This document shows positions 51,999 to 63,737 of a DNA stretch of 63,737 bases, in pieces. The notes under the pieces are model-generated. The model was not told the DNA's origin. It worked only from the letters and a program-made list of their open reading frames with translations, and searched no databases. The DNA is taken from the NCBI GenBank assembly GCA_965644265.1, contig OZ286467.1:15500001-15563737 (forward strand). Direction: 5' to 3'. The translations under genes were made by a program, and so were the position numbers. The DNA is from Glycera tridactyla (Eukaryota). How positions within the stretch are numbered: the first letter of the stretch is position 1; every line of letters begins with the position of its first letter.

Positions 51999-53403
51999 AT
52001 CCTACCCTAATGCTTGTATACCCCTCTGGTAGACAAGACAGGCCGAGCTTCGACCAGACATACTCAAATATGATGATTAAGACAGATTGGAAATCATTAC
52101 ATCACCATCCACCTGTCGCCCACCTCTCTGTGGACGAATGATGATTAGAACGATCAGCATCTGTCAATTAAATCAGGTATAAGTTCTTATAATTACCATA
52201 TCCGGTACAAATTACAATCATTGATAGGAGTTAGCATCACCGATATAAATGTGTCCGGAAATGGAATTAATTATATTGGTTTCTATGGTGACGTGATACG
52301 TCAGGTGATGCCAGCAGCCATTCTTCAGGCCTCCTGTTTTACGGAGCTAGTTATCATCATGAGTGATGCGATAATCGCGCGGAATACCGGTCGGGGTAGG
52401 AGGGCGCGTACTCCAGTATGAACCTGAAAACAAATCTAATCGAGGCCACTGAAACGGTGATTTTGGGTCCACCTACCCATTAATGGAATTGATGCCAAAA
52501 AGTAGGATGGGGTTGCGTGTTGATGAGGGATCGTAACTCAGTGATTCAATGATAACAGTTGAGACTTGAATTGCTGTGAAGTTCAGGAGCCGATGATACC
52601 TATTGATACAGATGGGAAGTATGCGCATTGATATATATATATATATATGATGGAGATAACTCATGTACATTGATGAACGTCACATGAGTTACCGTTGAAC
52701 CTTGGAGACGGAATAATTCCGTGACGCACACTGATGGAAATTGAAGAATCCGGAAGCACACACTGAGAGAGATCAATAGAGTCGGTGGTACATATTCAAA
52801 CAGAATGAAGAGGGGATGGTGGACATTGATAGAGATCAGACAGGTAAGTGATGCATATTGACGAGGCTCGAAAATATCAGTATTGCACATCAATGAATAT
52901 CCTTGGTGAGTGTAACATGTTAAGAAATCTTCATCGTGCGCAAAGCATGGATCCGAAGGGTATTTTACATGTTTCTGCAGCCGAGCTGAGAACTGGCAAG
53001 TTTGTTTCTGCAAACTGTAGAGCATGATATGTAAAAAATGATGAAGTGGATGATGGAAGGAATGCATCAACTGATAAATAACACATACGATATATCGACA
53101 TCCCTACTGATTACGACAAAACTGAGTGAAACCAGAGGAAAAAAGGGAACTTCGGATCATATACAATGAATGTCATGGTACGAGAGTCCTGGAGCCCGGA
53201 AGACTGAGCTCTGGTCCATGGAGAGTGGTCCACACAGTGGCCCAAATATTGAAGAGGTCGGGTTGGGGAACTTGCTTGAATATCACAAACACCACGTGGA
53301 GTTTTGAAGAATGACAAGACCACTGCATCAGAAGGTCAGTTGACCATTCAGGCCTCATTCTCGAAGTGACTTCCCGCAGTGACTCGTGCTAGAAGATGTG
53401 AAT

Positions 53404-53903
53404 TAGAGATGAGGTTCTAGAGTCAATAGGTCGAAAAGACACCAAGTAAGATACCTCAGTATGCTATGATCCATGAATATTGGACAACACATATCCTCGC
53501 TATAGGGATGAGGTTCTAGAGTCAATAGTAGGTCGATAAATACATCAGGTAGGATACCAAAGTATGCTATGATCCTTGAATATTGGACAACACATATCCT
53601 CACACTAGGGATGAGGTTCTAGAGTCGATAGGTCAAGGCAGACCTCAAGTAAGATACCTCAGTATGCTTACATCCTTGAATATTGGACAACACATATCCT
53701 CGCACTAGGGATGAGGTTCCAGAGTCAATAGGTCGAGAGAGACACCAAGTAAGATACCTCAGAATGCTATGATCCTTGAATATTGGACAACACATATCCT
53801 CGCACTAGGGATGAGGTTCTAGAGTCAATAGGTCGAGAAGGACCTCATGTAAGATACCTCAGTATGCTATGATCCTTGAATATTGGACAACACATATCCT
53901 CAC
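53404..53903. repeat. 100-bp tandem repeat, 5 copies
   Basis: TAGGGATGAGGTTCTAGAGTC starts at 53404 (variant TAGAGATG...), 53503, 53606, 53706 and 53806. Confidence 0.96.
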
Positions 53904-56900
53904 AGTTCGTTACTTCTTGAACCATGTCTGATCTAGATGGTCAACTACACTAAACCGCCTCAAATTCAACAGGGTAGGTACGTTTCGGATGATTGGTTTC
54001 ATGTAATCTGCTTGCTTCTGAAGAGGATCATGTGCCACTGAAGCAGGGGGAAATCGACATATCTGGCGTTTTATGGTGAAATATTTGAGGGAACCTCGCC
54101 GAGGTCACGTTTCTAGTCGTCGGAGACGTCAACAAAATCTGTCAGCCAGTCTCACCCCAATCTGATACGAGTTCGAGATGCTGGGGCAAAAAAACGTACC
54201 CGCCAAGATCTACCTTGACAGACTTGAGACTATAAAGGCAGTATATAGAAATATTGCAAAAGTTTTATACCATGCTTCCTTCAGTTGATATGAGAAGTGC
54301 GGTGTCAACTCCATTCCATTAACGGTGATGCACGTTGATGAATATCGCGGCTATCAGTGGCGCACATTGATTTGAATCCGATGTATCATTGATGAATGCC
54401 TATGAAAATAGAAAATGGTAATGAAGCACAATGATGCGGATCAAGGATGTGGGCGGTGTGCACTGATTAAAATTGGAGGTGTCAATAGTGATCTTCCATG
54501 AAGGGCAAGGTAACAGTGATATTGATTGATTGATTGAAGATCAAATACATGTATCAACACAAAGGATCACATATGCCAGGGAATTACAGCTTGACAGGAT
54601 TGAGCAAAGGACCGTTGCTGCCCAACACAAAACCGAACAATACACACACGCACGCATGCATTCACATGGTCTGGTCGGGGTCAAGGCCATGCGAAAGGCC
54701 GGGGTGCCATGCAGAGAATAACCCACAAACAACCACATTCAACATGATGACATACTCTCTGATATAGATTTCCAGCTTGTCATATAACAGGAATGTAAAT
54801 CATCAACTCTGTTCACTCAGAAGCTAACCTGTCTCAGGGTCATGTAATGACCAGCAATATAACGTATCAGAAAGGATACAGAACCTGGACTGTTTCTACC
54901 ACTGCGTATGCTGTCAATTCTGTTTGAATTCATCTATGTGTCTCAGCAACTCAAAAAGCACAAGGTAGACATCAGTACTAATACGTGACATGAGAAGACC
55001 ACAAGGATATACCAGGATAATCTGTCACCTCGATGACAAACCAATCAATGATGTCACATTATAAATGCAATAAGGATATGAGGACATCCTAGAAAGAGGG
55101 AATATCCATGGTCATATCCATCAATACTGGTCCAAAATATTGGCCAGGGGAGTTCGAAAGTGAAATCCAAGGAGATGTCACAATCATCAAAGAACAAGTC
55201 TCCTCATATCAATGGATCTCACTGCATAAATAATCTCTAATATAACCGATCAGATAAGAGGGTGTGTGTGCTTCATGGATCCCTTTCTCAGAAGAGGATC
55301 AATGTCTCCAAGCCTTATGAATAAAAAAGACATAGCATACCTGCTCTCAATAGAGGGTGCGTAGAGGACGGAGAGGCAGGCACTCGTGTCATCAGAGAAA
55401 GAGCTTGAACAAAGCCAGCAACGGCTTATATATCTTGCTCGTAGACACACGAAGCAATATAAGTGGGCTGATTGCATTACTCAGCTGCAGTACTAATTTG
55501 GCACTGGCACAGGTAACTTTTACTACGCCAGATTGGCCAGAAGTTCCGTCTGAGTCGATCTCTCATCAAGATGAAACATTCCATGTATTCAACTCAAAAT
55601 AGGCCAAAGACTTATGACTACTGAGATGCAATTAGTATGACGCAGCTAGCATTACCATGCCATTTCTGGAACAGGCTTTANNNNNNNNNNNNNNNNNNNN
55701 NNNNNNNNNNNNNNNNNNNNNNNNNNNNNNNNNNNNNNNNNNNNNNNNNNNNNNNNNNNNNNNNNNNNNNNNNNNNNNNNNNNNNNNNNNNNNNNNNNNN
55801 NNNNNNNNNNNNNNNNNNNNNNNNNNNNNNNNNNNNNNNNNNNNNNNNNNNNNNNNNNNNNNNNNNNNNNNNNNNNNNNNNNNNNNNNNNNNNNNNNNNN
55901 NNNNNNNNNNNNNNNNNNNNNNNNNNNNNNNNNNNNNNNNNNCCCCTCATGAAGTATGAGAAATCCACCGTCGGCAGTGAATTCGTGAATGTGAATGCGA
56001 TCCTTTACTGAATTATGCAGGTGATGAGTACATTTCAGGTGCTCTTTCTCGCATCCGAATTAACCTGCTAGGCTTAATTCAAACGGTTAAGTGCTGACCA
56101 TCATCGCACCAGTTTACAGAATGTCTGCATGCCTGTGAGAAGGATTCAAATCCGTTTTATAGCGGAATGTGGCTCATACACTGAATTCATGAGTGGAGCC
56201 GCCACACTTGCTGACAAAATCGATATAACTGGAGCGTTGGGGCTATATTTAATCTATGCGTGTGTGAGCACCTCACCCAGTTCTGATTGCCATTCCATGG
56301 AGATACACCAAGTCTGTCAGCGAGTATCATATCAATCAGGTGAATATTGTCGAGGGGATATAGAAATATGTAGCCATCATAGTCGGAGTCGGCGGCCATC
56401 AGTTCCGGGGATGATGTGGGCTTTAATCACACTCAATACAATGTATTGATGGGTTAAACCCCGATAACGACTCGGATGAGTCCTTGTCGGGCGCTGTTCC
56501 TCGTGCCAATACTCATTCATGAAATAACATTTATCAATAAGATCGCTGCAAAGACATTGAGAATATTCGAAAGAAAGACTCAAGCTGGGCATGGATGCTT
56601 GAGCAGTCTGATGAAGAAGTATATGAGCACAGGAATACGGTGATAGTATTTCTGATGATCATAAAGGGTCTCATTACCCATCTAGGTATCACGAGCATGC
56701 GCATACAAATCAATACTTAATCGAATATATAATGGAACCTTGATAGAATACCCTGTCTCGACAGATGATGGCGATATCACAGAAACCAAACGAGTGTCTA
56801 CATGGATTTGAAATGTGATTATTCATGGTCTGTATATGATGAGACATACGGATTTTATCGCTATCACCGCTATCGAGTTTGCCATCGAGCACACCCTTAT

Positions 56901-56957
56901 CACCCTGCAATAAGACAGCATGAAAAGATTGTGAGTGAGGCGACATACGTTTGGCAC

Positions 56958-57542
56958 GGTCTTATATCGGCAGTAAACATTGACTGGATGCGCTGCCAAC
57001 ATAAGGCCAACTGCCGATATAAGACCCTGACAAGCCATGTTCTTATATGAGCAGCGATGCTTAACTGGAATCACTGCCAACATTAGGATCGCTGCTCATA
57101 TAAGACCCAGGGGATATACCTATTTCCAGGCCAGGGAATCAACTTTCAACCCCTCACACAACCTGCCAAGTCACTCTGATGAAAGTCACCTGCTCAAGGC
57201 CCGAATGAATGGCTATTTTGAGCCAGACAACCCAATATTCCATATAAGGCCAGCTGCCGATATAAGACCCTGACTGCTGTTCTTATATGGGATATGGGGT
57301 CATGGGGCTTGATCAAGCAATGCAATCGGGCCACGGGCTGGTAGTTTTCATCGGAGTGACCTGGCAGGTTTGTTGGTAGGGTTCAACGTTGATTTTCTGG
57401 CACTGAAATAGATATGTCCCAAAAAAGGCCACATTGATCATCGCTACCCATAAAAGACCCTGGCTTGTCAGGGTCTAATGTTGGACATTGGCGTTTATGT
57501 TGGCAGCGCATCCAGTCATGGTTCACTGCCGATATGAGACCC
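56958..57542. mobile_element. Foldback/MITE-like long imperfect palindrome with nested hairpins
   Basis: The left arm GGTCTTATATCGGCAGTAAACATTGACTGGATGCGCTGCCAACATAA matches the reverse complement of ~57495-57542. The inner arms (~57130-57205 vs ~57325-57400) are also inverted homologues. Confidence 0.75.
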
Positions 57543-60500
57543 TGACATATGTCCCTATTTTCATTTAAATTCTCCGCGTTTTGCTATCCAAGTCCATGAC
57601 CCCAAGCCCTGATTGAAAGAATTATTTCGCCGGTCTGAACTATGGGTATTCCACAAAAAATGTACCTCAGAAAATGAATGTTTTTAACCGGGAGATGTAG
57701 CTTATGTCTCGTTATCACTGAGTCTTTATCAATGGGGATGCCTGTTGTTCCTTATGATGACTAACTATCGACAGAGACCTGTCAAAATGGTTCATGGTGT
57801 CATGATAATGTGGCATCTTGATGGTTTTTCATATTGGCAGTGCAGAATTCAAAGTTGGTATGGGCTAATAATCAGTAACTCCATTGCAGGATTCGAGGAA
57901 TTATCAACATGCAGGTGATGTACATAAGGTTTCACACCTATAAATACACCCTGGTGGTGTCTAGTAGTCTCTATTGAAACGAAGGTTTTCTGACTTCATT
58001 CTGCTATATGAGGAAGACTCATGGTCAGAGAATGATGGATGATACCTTGTTTGAATCAGGAGGCTATCTAGATTTGAATAGGGAAGGACTCAGATATCGT
58101 TGGCACCATATCGATCTGATAGATGGCAGCAATGCATATGTGTCGGGAGTGGGGGGATACCAGTTCCCATATATGACTGCAAGGGGTATTCCAGCATGTT
58201 TCCATAGAAACGGTTTTTCAATATGGTCAACCTTTGGAATTTTGAGTTTGTTTGCAAAGGAGAGCATGGGCTTTCCGTTGATATATAGAACTAAGGACCT
58301 GCAATGTCGGATTTAGGTGATAACATCCGACAAAGTTGCTGAATTTAACATGTATTCCAATGGAACAGTGCTTTATTGGTGTGAAACCATAACACACATA
58401 TATGTACCACTATCAACTGCATGATTAAAACGTTCATCATGTAGGATACTATCCCGAATACATCAACCCTTGAACATATATGTAGGATTCGTCGGCATAG
58501 ACAACATTTGATAACCCTGAATAATGCCTACACATATTTCATAGTCACTACATACTAATTTCCTGATGCGTTCATATTTCCATTTATGTTCCTACTCAGA
58601 ATGGAAATCCAGTGGGCAAACAAGACCAGTTTCAGCCTGAAGAGGCCGGAAACGTATGACATAATAATTATGTACATCGGATTCAATTGCATAGGATATG
58701 CTGAAACGTGGAGAGAATTGAACGGGCAGGTTTATCAGGAAGAGATGGCAGATGAATAAGAGCGAGAGATATTGCAAGAATCAGGGGAATACACAGATCC
58801 CGAAAGCACAATTGCCATCTGAGGACAGTGCCTAACTCATCAGTGTCATTCTTAGAATTACTACTGGAATTAATACGATTCTATTCATTTCTGCGGGCTC
58901 GCCACCTTTCGGAGAATTGACCTACATGTGTCAACTGTTGCAGGTGAGATCGGAGAATTCCACGATTGGTGTTTGCATGTTCATATTTTTCCGTGTGTAT
59001 GTGTGTCTGTGTTTATCAGTGTGTGTATGTGCGCTTATGTTTGCCTTGGGCGTGTGTATGTTTGCCAATCTGTTTGAATAGGGGCTATTATCAAATAAAT
59101 AGGCACTAGTATTTACAATTCTCTCCCATCAACGCTAAATCTCTGATGTGGGTTATGTGCATTCACTGAATGATTCATATAACAAACATCACAGGAGACC
59201 CACATGAGTCAAACCGGATGTCACTCGTATAAAAGAGTTGTCATAGATTAATATGACAGTATGCCGAAATGTATCATAACATAACATACCATAACATAAC
59301 ACAAACTCTATATAAAATGCACATTGCAACAGTAAGTGGTCTATATCATCTCCGCATGAGCGCCTACATCCAACACAGATGATGTAGGTGCTGGAACACC
59401 CAATTTAAAAGAATCCCTTTATGGGCGTCTCAACCCGGTGAAAATCGGTCATGATATCATAGATTGCAGATTGGTATCCCATCGTTTTTTCATCACGTTG
59501 GGAAGCTTGACCTTGATATTGCTGCTGCGCCGAGCTCCTGAGGCTGGCAAGTGTTCTCTCAGGTTTCGAGCAATTAGTGGCATGGAATGCACGTCCGGGT
59601 GAATCACAAAATGCTACATCTGCGCTCACCTACAAACAAGTCCTTTGCGAATACTGCGCGCTTGTGATTTTCCTTGTCGATGCTTGTGAGCTGTCACCAA
59701 ACTGATCCGCCTTATAGTTTCTGAACCCATGCGTTACCACGAATAATGATTTCGACATGAACAAATTGTTGTTCAGAATGGTAATGATTGTCCCCGCAGC
59801 TGTTACATGTGTACGGCTGTGGGTTCTATCACAACCGGAATTTATGTATTTATATTCTGTAAGAGTAGGTGTCACTTATTAAGTCTGTTCTTCTTGTACC
59901 GTCGCTCACGCGCGTATAATATAGATGACTTTTTGTAGTGTCGAGCACATGAATAAACCTATGATACATTACGTTATATGGGAAACGTGCCAGCCATCAG
60001 AGTCGTAAAGAAACCAGACAGGCATAATTAGATATAATTCATCAAGATGAGTCATCCATCAAATATTACATATGTCTAGGATGGAGATAGCAATTAAAAC
60101 CTAGAATAGAAGACCCGCATGCCTCGGAAATGCAACATATTTCCAGTAAAGTCGTCAAGGCTTACCGAGTGGCGGCTTCTATCATGAATCTTCATTAGTG
60201 TCTAAGATCCATGCGTCTATTTTATATGTCATGGGTTCACTTGTCAAATTCTCGTCATTATACCCCCAAAAGAAATGATCACCCAGGCATATTTCCATGC
60301 TTTGGGGAGTAATAGACACCATTCATCTTACTTGTGTATTCCAGATGGTAAGTTTGTGATTTTACTCTTCTTTTCAGTGGGAACAGGAGCTCAATTCGTA
60401 TCACCTATTCCATTGATCTATTTTCGTCGCTCAAGCTAAGGTAAGATAGGCAACTGTCTGTTGCGCGAGCAGATGATTAAAATATCGATTTTATATTGAG

Positions 60501-63500
60501 TATTCTGTATAGATAAATACTTTGATGATGGCTGTCGCTCATAAGTGATATGAATTATCGATTCCGATTCAACCTCAGTAGATATTACCTTGTACTTATA
60601 TTGATAGATAATGTATGTATATGGAGTACAAAAAAAGGAGATGACTCATCCCTTCGGAATGAATGTTATGGGTGCACTTTGAATTATTGATCTATATTCC
60701 CAGTGAAGTCATCTACTATGATTCGCTGAAGACAGCCGAGATATATTGCGATCGATCATCTGCCGAGGGAGTGCCGACAACTGATGAATAGATGATAAGA
60801 GATCGATGGATGGATTCGACATGGGATGAAACAAGTACCCACTGTAATGGGAGATTGATTGAATTGGTGTTCTTCGCGAGGTGCGTACAGAAAACGGGAA
60901 ACTCCTCTATATGCCTCCATCTGCCATGCTCAGGCCTCCCATGCCAACACTATTCGATCAGCAGGTTTCCTCTTCCTCTTCTAAATTCTCTTTATCTTCT
61001 TCTTCCTCTTCTTCTGTTTATTATCCTCCTACCCTCCACCCCCCCCCCCCTCTTTTCACTCGCCCTCTGACGTGAGCTGTTGTCGAATTCAAGATTATTC
61101 TCACTGCATCAATGGATGAGTCCTGAGGACAACTTATGTGTGTTGGCTAGTCTCTGTCTTCTTTGTATATTTCCTGATGGAAATTTGCCTGAGACGTATA
61201 TTTGATTTAACATAAACGGGATATACAGCAGTCAGTTACACGAAAGAATACCCATATAGATCAAATAAACTCACGTGTGGTCTCCTTGCGGCATGAGGAA
61301 TCAATCTAGCATATGCGTCGAGATAACCACACTACCGCGGTGTCCTCCTTTCTTCGTGATCTGAATTATATATGTGCTGAACCACTACTAACAGTACATA
61401 TTTTACAGGCGTGGATTTCATCAAACAAGTTGATGACACAATTGGTGATCCTCAGAAATACCATTGTTTTTTCTTCAAAAAGTGTATGATTTGTGTGAAG
61501 GCAGGTCTCTCAAGAATGCTGCCCAGCGGACGAGAGACTATGATGGGCCGATACTTTTCACCTCAGTCTCGGGGATTCATCAGTGTATTGATCCGTATTT
61601 TGACTCGAGCGGGGCGGGTTTCAGTGAGGATTGAATAGAAAACTGTGTATCACATTTTCCGGATGTTTCCCCCACTTCACCGAAGCTTTCAGGTGTGTCA
61701 TCACAAGCCTAATCTAGTTGGTACTATCTGTTTGTGATATTCCCTGAAATCACCTGAATGTCTACGAATCAACTGACCGGATAGCTTAGATTGAAGTAGC
61801 AATTCAACACCTGTTCCGTTAGTGAATTTAAGAGCAGCCTAACGATCACTTAGTTCCGAATGAAGTCTATATGAGATCACGAGCTTCGATCTCGACACCA
61901 TCACCATGACGTAACTATGGCAACCACAATTCGCCACTCAGTATTTACATCCTGCCCTCGGTGTCGTCTAATTCGAAGAACCAGATAGATAATCTGAGCC
62001 TCATGCCCTGAGAAATATATTCACCTTGATTCTAAGTTGGATGTGAATTCCCGCTGTCCATTTTGAGAATAAATAATTTCTGGTAAATTTGTTGAAGCAA
62101 ATTCTCTCATACCTTGTCGGAGCTCCACCACGAATCTTCCAAGAGAGATGACCCTCACTATAAATACACCCTTCTAGGAGCTAGGGCAGGAGATATATTA
62201 GGCAAGATATGCAATGTCCGTCTGTCTAATACGAATATATTTGGATATTTCTTCTTTGACCAGACCCAATAGAGAGCTCAGAGTTGTTATACGTTTTTGA
62301 CAGTAAGCTAAGAGGAGGAGAAGGGGAGGGAGCGCGGGAGGATCATCCTGAATGTCTGCACTGCACCCATGTATGAATCATGGTAATTACCCTGTTTGGG
62401 GATGTGATATTTCACCTGCAGAATAGCCACACCTGGTGCGTCTGTTACTGTAGACACACGTAACATTGCAATCTTGTAAGTTGGTTGTGCCTCAACGGCT
62501 CGGCTCAATCCAGCGGATTGGAATGCCATGTATTTCTGGTTCATGAAAGCTGGATGCTCAATCCCCTACACTTCCACACACCCACAAGATGCCAGGGAAG
62601 TAGAAGTAGCTGACAGTTCAGCAACACTTCTATCTGTCCATCATAAACATGCTGAACCTATGTGACTGGCTGAAAGCTGACACTCAAGCCTGAATGCAGT
62701 AGTCCTGTTTTTTTATCATCCCTCAATACATGCTGACTGTCATAGGTAATGCCTTTAAAAGCAATTGTCATGAGTATTCCTACCCGATCCTATGGTTCAC
62801 ACGGTTGTTGTTGTATTTTCCTCATTTTACTTCGTCACACATACATCATAAATCAATAAAACTCATATTATAAATTCTAAGAAAAAAATAGCATGTGTTT
62901 GTCGCCTGTACCCTTGATAATGAGGGCGTTCTCGAACTGACGAACGGTGATATGCACCGAAACCTTTTAATTTCCTGTTTGGTCAAAGAGATATATCTTC
63001 CGATGCTCACTAGAACGACTTTTAGCTTCGAGAGTAAACTTAGCCGAGATGTGCCCATGATTGAACAGTGATATGAGAATGAATACGAGTAGTGAGCGGA
63101 TCATATACGGTAGAAGAGTGATGGAAGTGTTGGCAGGCTGCCAGCCTAATGATCGAATATCTAGACGAGTGAGCAGAAACGTGAGTGCGAACAGCTAATT
63201 GGTGTTATACTCTCGAGTGACCTGGTAGGATTCTTAGAGAGCAGCCCATGTCATTGACACTTAGACGCCTCATCTTTCACGAGCAGAACTAGTTGAAAGG
63301 ACCAAAGGCCAACTGAGATGATCGATAGCGTTTGTGTTCACACGCACCTCTCACACTTAGGAACGCAGATTGTGAGCACGCACATACTCACACACGGACT
63401 CACACACATACGCCACTTGCTGCAACCCACCCAGGGATGAACTCGATACCGAGAGTTCATGTTGGGTAGACTGAGATTTTGTGGTTCAGAATCAGGCTAT

Positions 63501-63737
63501 TCAGAATGAATAAAGAACGTCTCCCGAAATTTCCCAAATTTGGGCTGGCAATCCAAAATTAATGAGAAATGCAAGCACCTAGTCATTCTGGAACATAACC
63601 CGATCACAACCCCCATTCATCCCTGGAGCCATGTGAATTTACCAGTGTTATTGTTTATTACTTGTGTTATTACTTTATACGTGCAATCACACGCCAAATT
63701 CACCCGCCTACCAAGGATGTGTCTCATTGTCTCGCTT

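Noticed and set aside
50855-53903. CRISPR-like arrays (46-bp and 100-bp repeats)
   Set aside because: The units are contiguous with no unique spacers, there are no cas genes, and the context is eukaryotic.
1-63737. tRNA, rRNA or other structured ncRNA genes
   Set aside because: No cloverleaf with T-loop GGTTCGA and matching stems, and no rRNA-like sequence seen by eye. tRNAscan-SE/Infernal would be needed to exclude them.

Overview
Animal (metazoan) genomic DNA from a gapped short-read-type assembly. There are 7 N-runs, several flanked by simple repeats, and nothing prokaryotic (no operon, CRISPR array, rRNA or tRNA that I can support). Only one host coding exon is recognisable: the first coding exon (N-terminus to TM4) of an AKH/GnRH-family class A GPCR on the minus strand (11360-12022). 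I could not find its remaining exons in the window. The rest is repeat-rich: (1) a ~4.7 kb triplet-periodic minisatellite complex (15.5-20.1 kb; 48 units of ~72 bp plus ~171-bp units) whose coding status is ambiguous; (2) a decayed, internally deleted Ty3/Gypsy LTR element (43581-49366) with both LTRs, an AATT target-site duplication and non-canonical TCTCA...TGAGA termini; (3) a LINE reverse-transcriptase remnant; (4) TA-flanked MITEs; (5) a ~585-bp foldback element with nested hairpins; (6) 46-bp and 100-bp tandem arrays and many microsatellites. I found no confirmed novel system. The best leads are the atypical LTR ends, the repeat array carrying TGA/TGG/CGA at one codon position, and the foldback element. 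All counts and alignments were done by eye.
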